In this document: positions 37,634 through 55,649 of the stretch, piece after piece
Layout of the letters: every line of letters starts with the position of its first letter
Position numbering within the stretch: the first letter of the stretch is position 1
Assembly: GCF_026210795.1 (NCBI RefSeq)
Contig: NC_089430.1
Span: forward strand, 3,720,001-3,784,000
Source: Rhizophagus irregularis
Lineage: Eukaryota
Direction: 5' to 3'
Length of the DNA: 64,000 nt
Position numbers and translations under genes: made by a program
Notes under the pieces: generated by a model
Database searches by the model: none
What the model was told of the DNA's origin: nothing
What the model saw: the letters and a program-made list of their open reading frames with translations, nothing else

Positions 37634-39350
37634 ATGTTAAGTCTGAGAAGGTCAGAAAGGTTATGTGAAATAAGAAAAGAAGAGTCTCCAAATAAGAATG
37701 TGAAGAAAGAGGAAAAGAAAGAAGGAAAAGAAAGAGAAGAGACGTGTTCTACGAATAAAAAACGCAAAAGGAAGGATATTAAACCAAATAAGAAAGACAA
37801 AGAAGTTAAGAGAACTAAAGAAAACTATACAAAAAAAAAAGCTGCTAAAAGTGAAGACGGCGAGACAAAGGTATTATCGGTTTTGTAAAATTTATTATTA
37901 TTTATACTAAAGTAACCAGCGTATATTGTATTATTTAAAGTTGGAAAATAAACCTGAACGAGTTGAGAAGAAATCGCGTAAAACTAAAATAACTCAAGAC
38001 ATGTTTGCTAAACGACTAAGTAATATTACAAAGTACGTTGGTGCACATGTTAGTATTTCAGGAGGTGTACAAAATGCTATAACCAATAGCCTTTTTATCG
38101 GGTAAATTTTAATGTGTAATTGCGCGTATTTTCTTTTTGAACGTAAATATGAATTCTCATAGTTTTTTTTTTGAAATAGAGGAAATGCTTTTGCAGTTTT
38201 CTTGAGGAATCAGAGGAGATGGACAGCTCCACCATTAGATCCAAAGAATATTGAAGCATTCCGAGAAAATTGCTTACAGCATAATTATGCTTCAAAATTT
38301 ATTTTACCTCACGGAAGTTATTTAATTAATTTAGGTAATCCGGATCAAGAAAAACGCGAGAAAAGTTATCAAGCTTTTTTGGAAGATTTACGACGTTGTG
38401 AATTATTAGGACTAACTTTATATAATTTTCAGTAAGTACATAATAATTGTTCATGACATTTGCTCGTGCCCATTTTAACTGATTATACAAAAAAAAGCCC
38501 TGGTTCAACAGTTGGAAATTGTACCAAAGAACAATCTATACAACATATTGCAAATTGTATTAATAGAGCACTTAAGGAAACTTCTAATGTAACATGTGTT
38601 ATCGAAAATATGGTGCGTGTTTATTATTTTTTTTTCTGATATATAAAATCAATTCTTCTTCTTCTCTCTCTTTTTTTTGTAATTAATACAATTAAAATAT
38701 TACAGGCAGGTTCAGGTAATATTATTGGATCTAGGTTTGAAGAGCTCGCGGATATCATTTCACGAGTAGACGGTAAAATAAATTCATATTGCCATTAATT
38801 CATATTAAAATTTACATTCTAATTTTTTTATTTTTTATTTTCATTTTTAGATAAAAATCGAGTTGGAGTTTGTATTGATACATGTCATGCCTTTGCTGCG
38901 GTAATCATTTTTTTCTATATATGAAATAAAATAAAATGAAAAATAAATTAATTTTCTTTTTGTTAGGGGTATGATTTACGTACCAACAAAGCGTATGAAG
39001 AAACTATGCAGGAATTTTCTCGACATATTGGATTTCAATATTTAAGAGGGATGCATTTAAATGATTCAGAAACCGAATTAGGATCATTACGAGATCGCCA
39101 TGCTAATATAGGGAAAGGGCATATAGGTTTAGAAGCATTTCGTTTAATAATGAACGATGATAGATTAAATGAAATTCCATTGATTCTAGAAACTCCTATT
39201 GGACCTGATGATGAATTATCAGATTATCATAAAGAAATTGAATTACTTTATGGACTTATAGGAAAAAAATCGCCTATTACAACTAATTGTGTAAAGACGC
39301 ACATCACCGAGAAAAATAAGGCAAAACGAAAATCTAAAAAATCAAAGTAA
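37634..39350 (+). CDS. APN1: AP endonuclease 1 (endonuclease IV family), multi-exon
   Basis: [67 protein letters not shown]...[13 protein letters not shown]...IPLILETP. Confidence 0.95.
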
Positions 39351-39722
39351 AAAACTCAGATGATGATTATGGAATGCATGCAGATATCTATCATCTGTGG
39401 TTTGACAGAATTATTCATCCATTAATAAAATGACGCATGTTTATGTAAATTTTATCAATTTCATGATGAAAAACAGGATTTTCAAAATTAGTGGGTATCT
39501 GATCTACAATATAAATTAAATTGTGCAATCCTGTTACCTTGATTTGGAAAATCGCAAATTAATGATTTGCCACATTGATCTGGATGGAATACATCAATCT
39601 AAATAGATTAATATCCATCTTTACTGCAATTGATAAAAAAAGACTCGTTTTATTTTTTTTCTATTTCAATTTTTGTATCAAAAAATTTTTGTAAATCAAT
39701 AAATTTTAAAAATAATTTAATA

Positions 39723-42582
<2,860 letters not shown>

Positions 42583-42857
42583 TTTAATTGTAAAATTAGG
42601 TAATATTTTCAAGTATTATATACCAACCATTTGTACGTAATAATGAAAATAAAATAATAATTATAATAAAAAAGGATATCCTTTTTTGACTTTCTTATTA
42701 AATAATTAAACTTATTTTATTCGTTAAATAAAAATACATTAAAATTCATCCTATATAAAAAACAAAGATGCCACATTAATATTAAATAAAAATGACGAAA
42801 AAAAAAATTATAACTTTTTTTTTTAAAAAATAAATAGACAATTATATAAATTATTTA

Positions 42858-43538
42858 TTATTCTCCAAAAAGACGTTGTACACGTTTAAGAACACTATCC
42901 TTCTCAGGATCTGAAATAGATAAAAAAAATAAATATATATATCTATAAAGGAAAAAAATATCTATATGATAGATAATACCGTAAGGATGATCTTTAGATG
43001 GAATTTCAAGTACTGTTGGGAAAGCTTGATCGTGATCATCTAAAAGCTGACGAATATCATTAGCGACCTTATCAAATTTAGATTAAAAATTTAAAATATT
43101 AATAAGTTAATTTTTGAAAAGTTTGAATTTGAATTATTTCTTATTATACAAACATGTTGATTGATTAGAATAATTGCAATTTCTTTGTTTTTTGTAAACT
43201 CAATAAAAGCATCTTCTATCTTTGAGATTGGCGTTTCTATATAAAAGATGTAGAATACCCCAATTTATTAATAAATAAAATAAAATAAAATAAAAGAATA
43301 TTTATCGGGTAAAAAAGTTCTTACTTGAATCGACAACGAGAAAATTCTTTTTGGGACCATTAACATGACCAATGCCAGCCAACAAAAGACCTGTTACAGA
43401 ATCCTATCAAAAAAAAAAACAGAAATAAACAAAAAAAAAATTTTTCAAAAAAAAAACCAAATAAAATAATCCGTTATTAACCTCATCACCGATAACGGCT
43501 ATAAAGTTACGATCTTTAAAAGAAGCTAATTGTGCCAT
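42858..43538 (-). CDS. VMA7: V-type H+-ATPase subunit F, 5 exons
   Basis: [33 protein letters not shown]...[15 protein letters not shown]...[32 protein letters not shown]. Confidence 0.95.
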
Positions 43539-43678
43539 ATTTTGAACCAAAATAAAAAAGCGGGTTTGAAGGGTTTGACTCTTATTTATACTTGTGTGAG
43601 TAGATTATCTGGTTGATCCGGTTGATCTGCAAGTAAATATAGCATGACGAAAGATTCTTTTTGAAAAACAAAAAAAAA
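43539..43678. promoter_or_regulatory. Compact divergent (bidirectional) promoter region between VMA7 and CFAP20
   Basis: The two start codons are head-to-head and 140 bp apart. Confidence 0.6.
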
Positions 43679-44678
43679 ATGTTTCGCAATACTTTTCAGG
43701 TATAATGTGTTTTTTTATTATTTAAATAATTTTTTACAAAAAAATTATTTTTTTTTTCTTATAAAAAAAAAAAATTTATTTTTAGTCCGGATTTCTATCA
43801 ATTTTGTATAGCCTTGGGTAAGAACTTTAATAAATATATTAAAAAGAAACTTTTTTTTTTTTTTATAACTTTAATTTGAAATTTTACTAACTTGTCTTCA
43901 AAAGAAATGAAAATGGAAAAAGTATCAATTTTTTTTTACTTTCTATGTGTATACATAATACTTTAAGTAAATTACTAAAAAATAAAAAATATATATATAT
44001 TTTTTTCATAGTAACAAACCTCTTCAAATATGGCATACGGAAACGAATTCTCAACATGAAGGAAGCCATGTTACACGAGTAACGGATGATGATATAAAAT
44101 CTATTGTAGTTGAAATTAATTCTCCAGATATTAAATCTACCTATATAACATGTCCTTCTCAATTAAATCGTACACTTGGAATTAAATTACCGATTCTTGT
44201 TCTTATAGTAAAAAACTTGAAAAAATATTTTACTTTTGAAGTTCAAATTATGGATGATAAAAATATCAAAAGAAGATTCAGAGCTTCAAATTTTCAGGTA
44301 TTTTTTTTTTTCTAAAAAGATTTATTTTTTTAAAAAAAAGAAGTTGGTTTTTAAAACTTTTTAAACAAATTAAACAAATTTTTTATTTTTTTTAAAAAAA
44401 AAACAAATAAGTCATCTACACGGGTTAAACCTTATATTTGCACCATGCCTTTAAGAATGGATGAAGGTTGGAATCAAATTCAATTCAACTTGGCAGATTT
44501 TACACGTCGTGCATTTAGTACAAATTACGTAGAAACTTTGAGAGTACAAATACATGCGAATTGCAGATTGAGAAGAGTTTATTTTGCTGATAGAGTTTAT
44601 GCTGAAGATGAGTTACCACCCGAGATGAAGTTATGGTTACCTGAAGAAAAGGAAGATGAAGAACAAAATCAAAAATAA
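43679..44678 (+). CDS. CFAP20: Cilia- and flagella-associated protein 20 (BUG22/C16orf80/GTL3 family), 4 exons
   Basis: [25 protein letters not shown]...[99 protein letters not shown]. Confidence 0.95.
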
Positions 44679-45231
44679 GGGAACGTTTTTTTTAGATAAC
44701 TTTTGTGAAAAAGCCTATTTTATTTTTTAGCATTCACTTATTTAGATTATCAATAAAAGTTAGTTATATTATTACTAGCAAAGGAACGTAATAGGTATTT
44801 TAAATGTTTATGTAAAAATGAACCAATAAAAAAAATCCATCAACAGATCACAGATCTTCAAAGACCATCAGCAGACCAACCAGCATACTGCACTTACTCT
44901 CACATTCAAGATAGGTGCAGATATTTTCAAGATACATAATAGATATCCAATACATGTAAGATGTGTATTTTACATATAGTATACATTATATCTGTTCGAT
45001 TATCTCTTCAACACCTATCACACGATACAATTATAATTTTAGTCAAATTATGTTTGTAAATTTTTTTACTATTTTTTTGCATTTAAAAAAAAAGTGATAT
45101 GACATGCCAGACATGATTACTCGTTAAAAGCTAAGAAAGGTTAACTAGCATCAATAATGTACTTTTAAATTATAATTAAAAAATTTAAATTTTTTCAGTT
45201 TTTTTTTTATTATTTCACAACATAAATCAAT

Positions 45232-45410
45232 AAAATTTCAAAATGTTCAAATCTCAAAATGTTTTAAAATCTCAAAATTTCAAATCTCAAAATGGTTTAA
45301 ATCTCAAATTTCAAAATGAGTTAAATCTCAAATTTCAAAACCCCCAAATTCCAAATTCCCAAATTCCACATATTCCAAAATTCCAAAATTCCAAAATTCT
45401 AAAATTCAAA
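45232..45410 (+). repeat. Degenerate tandem repeat array (AAATCTCAAAAT / AAATTCCA units)
   Basis: Repeated aaatctcaaa(a)t(g/t) and (a)aaattcc units read directly. Confidence 0.7.
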
Positions 45411-47627
45411 TATACTTTATAATTTATCTATATTTTCTTTTTTTAAAAAAAAAGATTGCAAAATTTTCATTTTAAAAAATTTTTTTTTTAAAAAAAAAAT
45501 TGAACTACTTCTCTCTTTTCTGCAATTAATTAAAAATAATTATTACAAATTTAAAACTTTTTAAGTACAAACATCTTATCAAGTTATTATGAAGGTTAAA
45601 AAAGTATAGATTTAATCCGAAAACTGAAAATTAATTCATAAATTCTATAATTAGAAAATTTAACAAACTAATACTTTAATGATTTTTAATGGGTTAGTTT
45701 GGCCCGAAATCCTCCTCGTATCATACTCGTAAAAATCTGGCTTTTAAGTTGTATATAGAGAAATTATTAGTGTAAATCTTAATATTTTTAAAATAAAGAA
45801 ATCACATGGTTTTTTTTTTCGGAAGAATTAAATGACACGTTTCGCAACACGTGCAAATGCTGACAGAATTTTATGATGTACTTTGTATATTGTATATTGT
45901 ATAACAGTAATTTTATTTATTATATTATTACCTTTTTATTATCTACCAATCTATCAATATTATATTATCATATATATATTATATATTATTATCGAAAAGT
46001 TTTTATAAGTTTCTTAAAATCATCAACGAGTAAGAAATTAACAAGTAAGAAAAAATAAGCGAGAGAAGATTATAATCGTTTTAGGTGATATTTTATCTAT
46101 TTGTTATACATTACAAAAAAAAAAAAAAAAAAAAATTTCTCACCCTTTATTAAGTTGTAAACAAAGACACTTCTTTTTTTCCAAGTAGAATTGGGGCAAT
46201 AGCATCATCTCCTTTAAGCAAAATCATTTAAAACACGAAAGTTTCTTGAAGTACAAGTTACCGAATTAAGTCAAGAGTATATACGGAATAAAATATTTCT
46301 TTTATATAATTATTTTTTTTTTTGGGGCGGCTTTCGCGTTTACCTAATTTAAATAATTTTTTTTGAGAAACGATAGATTTTCATTTAGTTCGTAAAAAGT
46401 GGAGATTGTTTAGATTGAACTCCTTGATTGTACAACTAATTAATTTCTAAAAAAATATTCATTGATAAAATCATTAAAATTTTTTTTTTTTACAAAATTA
46501 TATATAATATAATATAATATAATATAATATAATATTAATATTATATATTGTATAAAAAAAATTTGTTAATATTTTTCTTACAAGAAACTTTAAAACGAAA
46601 AAAATAAAGGTTTCAATACAAAGAATTTTAAAAAGTTGAAACTGCGTTTGAGATAACGTTTAAGAAATTTTAAAGGAGGAATCGGAAATATATTATTATA
46701 GTTTCTTCATTTTATTTTGGTTAATTCCCTGCACTCGGAAAATCTGTTTGTAGAGGTATGTTTCAAATTCATTGTATTGTAACACAGTGACAAAACCGCG
46801 GACGAAATGTGAGTAAAATATTGTTTTTAAAGGGAATTTTTTTTTTTTTAGATACATTAAACATTACAGTACATTGAATATATTATTATGATACCATGAT
46901 ACATTAAATATAACATATTATGAATCATTGTTAATATAATTTATAACAAAAAAAAAAGTGGTTATGACTCTTAATCATTCGACGATGAGTCAAAAAAAAG
47001 TTTTGAAAATTTCTTTGTTTTTCAATTATATAAAATTTTTTATAGTATGATGAAGAGATCCAATTGTTACCAAAAATAAAAATATTTTTTTACATTGGTT
47101 TCACAAAATAAATTAAGCACAGACTGTTACTGCACGTATTACATACATACAGATTACAGAACAACACATTCAATTACACTATTTTTATTCATTACACTAT
47201 TATATCACAAACATTGATATAACCCTTTTTTTTTCCCAAGATTTTTTTTTTTTTTTTTCCTTTATACTAATAGTATATATAGATAGCCATCGGGCGCAAA
47301 ACGAACTAAAAGAAAAATATAAAAAAAAAACCTCCTTTATTATACTAAAAAAATATAGACTAAAATATAAAGTATCCAATTTTTTTTCCAAAATATATAT
47401 ATATTGGAAAAATATTGGACATATAGAGAATATTATAAAAAAATAAAATTTTTTTTTTTTACATTACATTAATAATAAACGGGAGCTGGTCACCCAAAAA
47501 AAGAAAACCAAAATTTTTTTAGAGAAAAAGTTAATAAATTTTTAATAAAAAAGTAAAAGAAAGAAAATTAATAGTGTTCAGTTCTCCAAAAAAAATATAT
47601 ATATATAATTTACTACGAATGTTAAAA

Positions 47628-49717
47628 ATGTCAGAATATAATAATAATAATTCTTCAATTACAACCACTCGTGTCACTAAACACACGTCGAGACCTTATC
47701 ACCATGATTATACTTCGTCTATTGAAGAAACTGAGGAGAGTGATAGTTATACTTCAAGAAGGTCAAGACGTTTATCAGAGAGTAGTCATAGAAAAAATAT
47801 AAGTTCCACTTATGGTCTTTCTTATTCTTCGAATAGAACAATTGAAACAAAAGAAGAAGAGAATAATGGTTTGACTTCTAGAAGAAGATATACACGTAAA
47901 TGGGAAACTGATGACGAATTATTTAAACCAAATCATGTAAGTTTCACGTTTAAATTTTTTTATTTATGCAAAATTTTTAAATTGGTTATTATAAAAAAAA
48001 AAAGAATCCTTTTATTCCTCTAATTTGGAAATTATTTATGAACTCATTTTTCGTTATTAATTAATTAATTAATTAATTTTTTTTTTATCATTATTGATAG
48101 CGTAATCAATTACCAACAATGTCACAACAGCAACAACATTCTCCAATCAATAATTATCCCGATGAGGCCGCAACAACTAGGTCACTTTTATACCTTCTTA
48201 ATAAAGAACGTACAAAACGTCGTGAATTACAAAAAGTTCATGATACTACCGCTCAAGCTTTAAAAGAATTACAACAAAATCATCAAGATGATTTAATTGC
48301 TCTTGAAAGTGATATAAAAACTCTCAAGGATGCTCTTTTAAAAGAAAATAAGGTTAATTCTCAATTAAAAAAACTTTTACATGATTCTACTGCTAAATTT
48401 ACTGATGAAATGCAATTGTGGGCAAATAAAGTTGTTTTGGTTGAAGAACAAGGTAGAGAATTACAAAAAACTTTTCAAGAAACAATGGAACAATTAGAAA
48501 AGGAGGAAGAAGAAATTGTTAGATTAAGAAAAGAAAATCAATCTTTACGTGATCAATTGGCTGGTAAAACTATTGAACCTGCAAATTTAAGTCGTAGAAA
48601 TCTTGAAGATGTAAGAAAAGTTGGTTCTATGGAAGATAGGGATGATTTATCAGTTTCCGCTGAATCAAAACAAGATTGTCTTTCTGATAATGAATCTATT
48701 ATATCTACTTCAAAATTAAATGAATTAAAAGATAGAATTATTGAATTACAAAATGAATTAATAAATTCAAAAGAAAATACTCAAAAAGTTGAATCTTCTT
48801 TTCAAGAATTGGAAACTGAAAAAGCTTCTACTATAAAACAATTAGAAGAAAAACATAAGAAAAATGTTAGCCTTTTACGTGCTACTATTTCTCAAAAACA
48901 AAAAAGAATTGATGAATTGGAACAAGAATTACGAAAAGCGAAATTTAATGAACGTGAACGTGAAGAAAAATTATCTCATTTAAATCATAAATCTTCTCAA
49001 CAATTCCCTCCTCCTCTATCTCCTAAATTACAACAACATCAACCTTTACAACAAGATGATGATGATGATGATGATCGTCGTATTCATCATCGTCCTGGTA
49101 ACTTAATTAAGCGTAGGTCCGTCATATCCGAAAATTTTACCAAAGAAAGAAAAAATTCCATAACTAGTACAAATAGTGGAAGTATTGAAGGTACAAGCGT
49201 AACAGGTGGAAGTTTAGAAGATAAGGATGATATACAAAGTAGTATAATTGAATATAGAGAAGGTGAAGGTGAACAATCTGAAGTGTTTTCTGAAGAGGAG
49301 GAAGAAGAAGAACGTGACGATCAATCATCTTCAGTTTTTACAGGTAGCAATGGAAGTGAAAGTATACAAGATCAGAGTACGGAAAAATTTGTGAGATTAG
49401 AATTATCCTCAGGAAGGCAACAACATCATCAACATCGTAAAGGTGGTGATAATGATGAGGTCATGGAAGACGATGAGTTAGATGCAATTCTTTCAGATCG
49501 TGAAGATCGTTGTTTACCACTTATCGGTCATTATTCAGCTGCTGAATATACGGAAGATGAAGATTTTGATCTTGACAATTACAGATTAAGCAGAAGACCA
49601 AGTTTTGTAGGTAGAATTGGTGGGAATAAAATCGAAGGAAATTCAATGGTTATGGCATTAAATCATATCACTTCTAGTGGAAGAAAAAGTCGTTCTAGGG
49701 ATGACGGAATACCCTAA
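47628..49717 (+). CDS. Uncharacterised long coiled-coil protein with acidic/Ser-rich C-terminus (intron about 47937-48100)
   Basis: Two ORFs joined by a GTAAGT..ATAG intron, heptad-rich E/Q/K/L region, no recognisable domain. Alternative ATG at 47619. Confidence 0.7.
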
Positions 49718-50843
49718 TATAAATTTATCATACGATTTCTGCAGAAACACTTATATTTGATATATGAGGTTGATTTGTATATATTAAGAGATATTCACGC
49801 TACATAACACGTCATTTTATAACATTTTAAAAAAAGCTGATTGCAGAATATATATATATATATTATTTTTATTTTTATTTTTTTTTTGTAAATAGCATTT
49901 TATTGTGGTGGTAGCATATAGACAGTTTTTGGTTTTTGGAAAAAAGACATTTTTAGCCGCCACATGATCACATTATTACTATCCTTAAACCATCAACTTT
50001 CTTTTTTCCTGTATCATATGTTTTGTACTCGCTTGTAATTTTGCTTTTTCTTTCTTTCTTTTTTTTTTTTTTTATAGGCTTTTTTGTTTTTAGAAAAAAA
50101 AATTTTTTTTCTGAACCTTTATTTGTCAAACATCAAAACTTTAATTTGTTTAATATAATTTCAATTTTTTTTTTTAATTGTAAATGCCAAATTCGGTTTT
50201 TTTTCCTTGCAATTATAACTATAAATACGAATAATTTTGGAACCATTAATGAAATTATGAAACGTTATTATTTTTAGAGAAAGTTCTTCGGACGAGAATA
50301 TCTGTTTCGCTGATAAACGGTTATAATAATAGTTTATTTTTGAAACAGTATTTGATATGTTGATTCAATATTTCCATACCTGCTAAACAATGTTTGCATA
50401 TGACTATGTTTGTTAGATTTTAAAAGAAAAAATGGGAAAAATTTTTGTTTGTGTAACATTTTTAAATGCCTGATGACTATTAAGGCGCTTTTTTCATCTG
50501 TTTATAGTTATTGTGTTAAATTAAAAAAACAAATATTTTATACTTTATTGGTTATGGTAAGTTACACATTCGGCTCACTATTAACAAATTTTTATATAAA
50601 TAATTTGAAATAGAACGAAAAATTATTAATAATTTACTATCGATTTTTTCATTAGTACTTGGTTGTGATTCATATGGTACACAAATTCGTTTAGATAATT
50701 ATAAAGCGAATTGATTGTGTCGTTATCCTTTCATTTAAAATTTTAAAAAAAAACCAGTTTCTTATGAAAATTAATTGTTTATCCTCTTTTTATTACTAAT
50801 TCTCTTAATTAAAAAGTTTATTTTAAAAAAAAATAAAATAAAA

Positions 50844-52838
50844 ATGCATAGATATACCTTACCCTATCAAAAACAAGCTCAAACAACTTGGTTATCTTTA
50901 CGAATATTTCCAAACTCAACCTCAAAATTATTTAGAATATTTGCGTTATTTATAACTATAATACTCATCTTAGTTACATTTCAAAATTTACAAGGAAATA
51001 AATATTTTACTCCTACCAAACAAACTTTAAATTATAAAGGTAAAAAAATATCTACAGAAAATGACATTATAGTAGTTGTTGATGGAGAAAAACAAGGTTT
51101 AATTTTACAACCTACTTTTTGTCAACTATCAACTCATAAGAATGTTAATACACATGTAATAGTAACAGGTCAAAAACGTGGTTTAAGCAAAACACTTTTA
51201 ACAAAATTAATAAATGAACAAAATTCTTCTTGTGAAGTGTTCATTTATGATTTAGATATTAAAACAAATGATAGAATTGGTACTTTAGAATTAGTTTTTC
51301 AAGAAATAAGTCATATGTTAAACCAACTTCGTCCAGAAGTTCTATTATATATTAAAGATCAAGATAATTATGCTATGCGTGGAGTTGAATCTGCTTTGAT
51401 TGCAGCTTCCAATTTAGATGTTACAGCTATATCTGTACCGATTGAAGACACTAAACACTTGAATTGGTTAACACATTTACCGGTTGAAGCACTTAAATGT
51501 ACGTATTTATTTTTATTTTTATTTTTTTTTTAATAATTGTTTATTTATGCTAATTAAATTAAAATTATAAAAATAGATTGGAATACAGTTAAAATCCAAA
51601 TACAAGTTATTACACAAGATCGCCCAGATTCATTGGCGCGTCTTATTCGGTCTCTTAAGTCTTCTCATTATTTTGGTGATGAAGTTCAACTTACAATTAA
51701 TATGGATAGAGGAGCGGATCCTGTAACAAAAGAATTTTGTCACACTCTTGAGTGGCCTTTTGGACAAAAGAGTCTTCGTCATCGTATTGTGCAGGGTGGA
51801 TTGATGGCAGCCGTTGTGGAATCATATTATCCTAGAGATGATAATGATTATGCTGTGATGTTAGAAGATGATGTTGAACTTTCTCCATATTTCTTTATGT
51901 GGACAAAATATAACATTCTCAAATATAGATATGGGCCTGATCGTATTCATAGTAATCGCATGTTTGGAATTAGTTATTATGGATCTAAAATTAATGAACT
52001 TTACTTATTGGGACGTAGACCGTTCGATCCTACTATTTCTCTTGAAGGTACAAATTATTCACCTCGTTCCCCATATCTTTGGCAAGTACCTTGTAGTTGG
52101 GGTGCTGTATACTTTCCTGAAATATGGCGTGAATTTCATGATTATTTCCCTGCAAGATTACAAGATTGGAATGGACCTAAATTACAAAATATTACAGTTC
52201 CTGAAGTTCGATCAAATAGATGGAAGAATTCCTGGAAAAGATTTTTAATAGAACTTGTGTACCTTCGTGGATATGTAATGCTTTATCCAAATTATGAAAA
52301 TTTTGCAAGTTTTTCTACTAATCATGCTGAAGCAGGAACTCACATTCATCTTACTGAAGGGTCTAAACCAAACGATATTTTTGGTGTACCTTTAATGGAA
52401 GAGGATTTAGTATTATCTGAATTACCTGGAGGTAGTATGCCAAAATATGCGGATCTACCAATTTTAGATCTTTTAGGAAATGTCGTTTCAAAAGAAGAAT
52501 TAATACAACGAGGAAAAGCTTTACATTCCGAAGTTTCATTATGTCCTCCGAATAATGAACTAACTTTTGATCCACAAGATATTTTATGTTTTGATGACGA
52601 AAAAAGAGAAACTGTCATTAATGAAACCGATGTTAGAAAGGAACATAGAAAAAAAATGTCTGAGGCGATCAACCTTATTTTAAATCATACTTTAGATGAT
52701 AATGGAACAAAAATTGAGCCCGAAAAATTATTAAAGATCGTTGTGGAACTTTATAATTCATCAGCCACAGCAGTCACAGACGTACCAAGCTCGACCCCAA
52801 TACAATCACTACCAACTGAAACAAATATGAAATTATAG
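50844..52838 (+). CDS. Type II membrane GT-A-fold (GT2-like) glycosyltransferase (intron about 51500-51578)
   Basis: N-terminal TM helix, then VITQDRPDSLARLIRSL, AVMLEDDVELSP (DxD-like) and QVPCSWGAVYFPEIWREFHDY. Confidence 0.75.
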
Positions 52839-55649
52839 CAGCAGTGAAACAATTAGTCATATAATAAGTGAGCGAGTGAGTGGGTTCTTAGAATCGATAT
52901 TCGTCGAAATTCGAAATTCGGAGTCCACATATATCACGTAGCACGTGACAGTTGAATTTGACGAGTTGATTTGTAATATAAAAAGCAAAGTTGTATTTTA
53001 AATAATAGATTGAAAAAAAGACATTAATTTAAAGCATCATCTTTTTGTCATGTTTTTGACTTTTGTAAAATCATTTGTTTTTTTTCAAATGTATAATCTT
53101 AATATTTAATTTATTTATGAATTTTAAAAAATCCCATATACTTAATGTCTTAATATATGTATATGTATAATTAGTAATAAAAATAATCAGTATTTAAACC
53201 TTTTTTTTTATCATCAATAAATGCATGCTAAGAATGAACATATGCAAATTTTATAAACTTTACGGATAATTTTGAAAATTTCGGAAATTTATTAGATTTT
53301 TTTTTTTTTCAAGCGAATAAACTTGAAAATCTAATCAGATATTTTGAACAATCAGAAAACAATCCGAATTATTCACGGATCCCTAAAATGCTAAATATGT
53401 TTAATTCTATTATAAATCATATGATTAAAGAATAATTGATAAGCTCTTTATTGTTCGATCTAAGATCTAAGAGGCGCATAATATATCTAAACATGGATCC
53501 ATTATCTTGATTATATAATTCATTATAAATGGAATTATCTAGAATGACTTATTATATAATATTCAACTAAAAGAAACAAACTAAAAAACTTTTTTGTAAT
53601 CTAGTCATACTAGTAATAAAGCGAGATAATATATTTTAAAATATATATTTCAGTATATGAAACATAAAAAAGGATTATGTAAAAGCTTTGTTTGAATCCA
53701 GATTTGAAAACTTAAAAATAATATAGTGAAATCAATTTATTAGTTCTTTTAAATAAATTATATGTATATATATATATTTTTTATTTTAAAATAAATAGAT
53801 TTAATAGTTGAACTTTTTTTCTTTTATTTTATAAATTTTTTTAATTTTTTTATTTTAATGAATTTTTTTAGATTTTTTATTTTAATTTTAATAAAAATTT
53901 CACTAACTTATTATATTTTAAGATATTACAATTTTAAAAAATTAATTTTATTAAAAAATTTTTTTTTTTGAATTTTACTATATATTTATTAGAAAATTAG
54001 AAAAATTATAAGTATACATGTATACAAATACTCTAATTTAATATAAAGTATTAATAAACTACTTATTATTCTAATTAAAGAACTTTACATATATATAATT
54101 AAGTTAGTTATTAAAATTATATAGATAAGAAAATAAATACTACTACTAATTCTTAGTATACAAATACTGTAGTTTAAGTAAAATAAATTAACAAAACTAC
54201 TTTACCACTATATTAGTATTATTATATATTAATAAAAATCAAATAAAAGAAATATAATATATTAAATTCCCCTTACCTATTAAGTAAAATAGCAAGTTGG
54301 TAAAATCAGGTTGTATTTATTGAATTGTAAAAGGTATATATTTAGATCTTCTAGATTTTTAGACCAATTTAAAGGGTACAATCCAAATTTTAAAGAAAGA
54401 TGAAAGTACTTTTTCTGAAGAAATACTATTTATTAATAGATATATTTAATATATTAATATAAAAAACTAGTGTAAAATAATATTAAATAGTATACTCAAA
54501 TTTCACTTTTATGCTATTTAAATTTATATGAATACATCAGATTTAATAAATTAAATTTTTTTGTAAATTACTAATTACTAATTTAACTAGTTTTTAGTAA
54601 TCAACTCAAATTAATAAAATTTAAAATAAATTTTACTAATTATATATATTATTCCTTTTATTTGACTGATATATAAAATTTTAAAAAAAGTTAGTAATAT
54701 TAAATTTTCAAATTCAAATAATTTATATTTTAATATGATCTTTAGCCTTTTTAAAAGAATATTAAAAAATAAAATTCAGAAATGCTAAAAAAAAAGAAAA
54801 ATTAAACTAATATAAAGAAAGTTATAACTCTCAGAAAACTCCAAAGAAAAAAATTGAATAAATACTAGACCTTTATTTATTATTACAATGTAGCTATATA
54901 CTTTAACTAGTATTTTATGAAAAAACCTTTGTAATACTTTTAAAAATAAAGAAACTAATAAGAAAACTTTATACTAATGCAATGTTTAAGATCCAGTTAT
55001 TATTTAGTATATAACTGTTATAACTTTTAAAAAATATGATGAGAACTTAAGTTTTGCAGAAATAAAAATATTTTAATAAAAATTACTTTAATATGTAATT
55101 TCTTAAAAACTAAGAGTTTTTAGCTTAAATGAGTTTTAAAAGAATTCTTCTTGAAGTTATTATATTTAAAAGCAACTTTAAAATACTTTAAGTTAAAAAA
55201 ACCAAGTTTTTTCTTTAGTTTTCTTTTGCTAAAAAAAATGTTCAAGCAATTAATAGATGAGAAATAATTAAATTCCCATTCTTTTTAATAAAGAATTAAC
55301 TTATTTTTATTAATATTTTTAAAAAAAGTAATAATAATTTTAAAATTTATATAATATAATTTTTAATAAAAATATAGATTTTTAAAATAATATTAGGGTT
55401 ATATTTTTTTATTTTTATTTTTTATTTTAAATTTTTTTATTATTTGAAATTTTTTTCTTAATAATTTTTTTAATTTTTTTTTTTGTGATTGAAATTATGA
55501 TGATTGACCAGCATTAAAAATATATAGTGCTGATAAAATTTGATAATTCTAGCTAATGGTGATGATTACTCCTGATGATTTGAAGTAAAAAACTTATTAT
55601 TATTTTATACTATTTATATATACAAAAAATTATAAAAATATTACAAATA

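Noticed and set aside
45232..45410. CRISPR-like or telomere-like array
   Set aside because: Units are short, degenerate and adjacent with no unique spacers. Eukaryotic context, and not TTAGGG.
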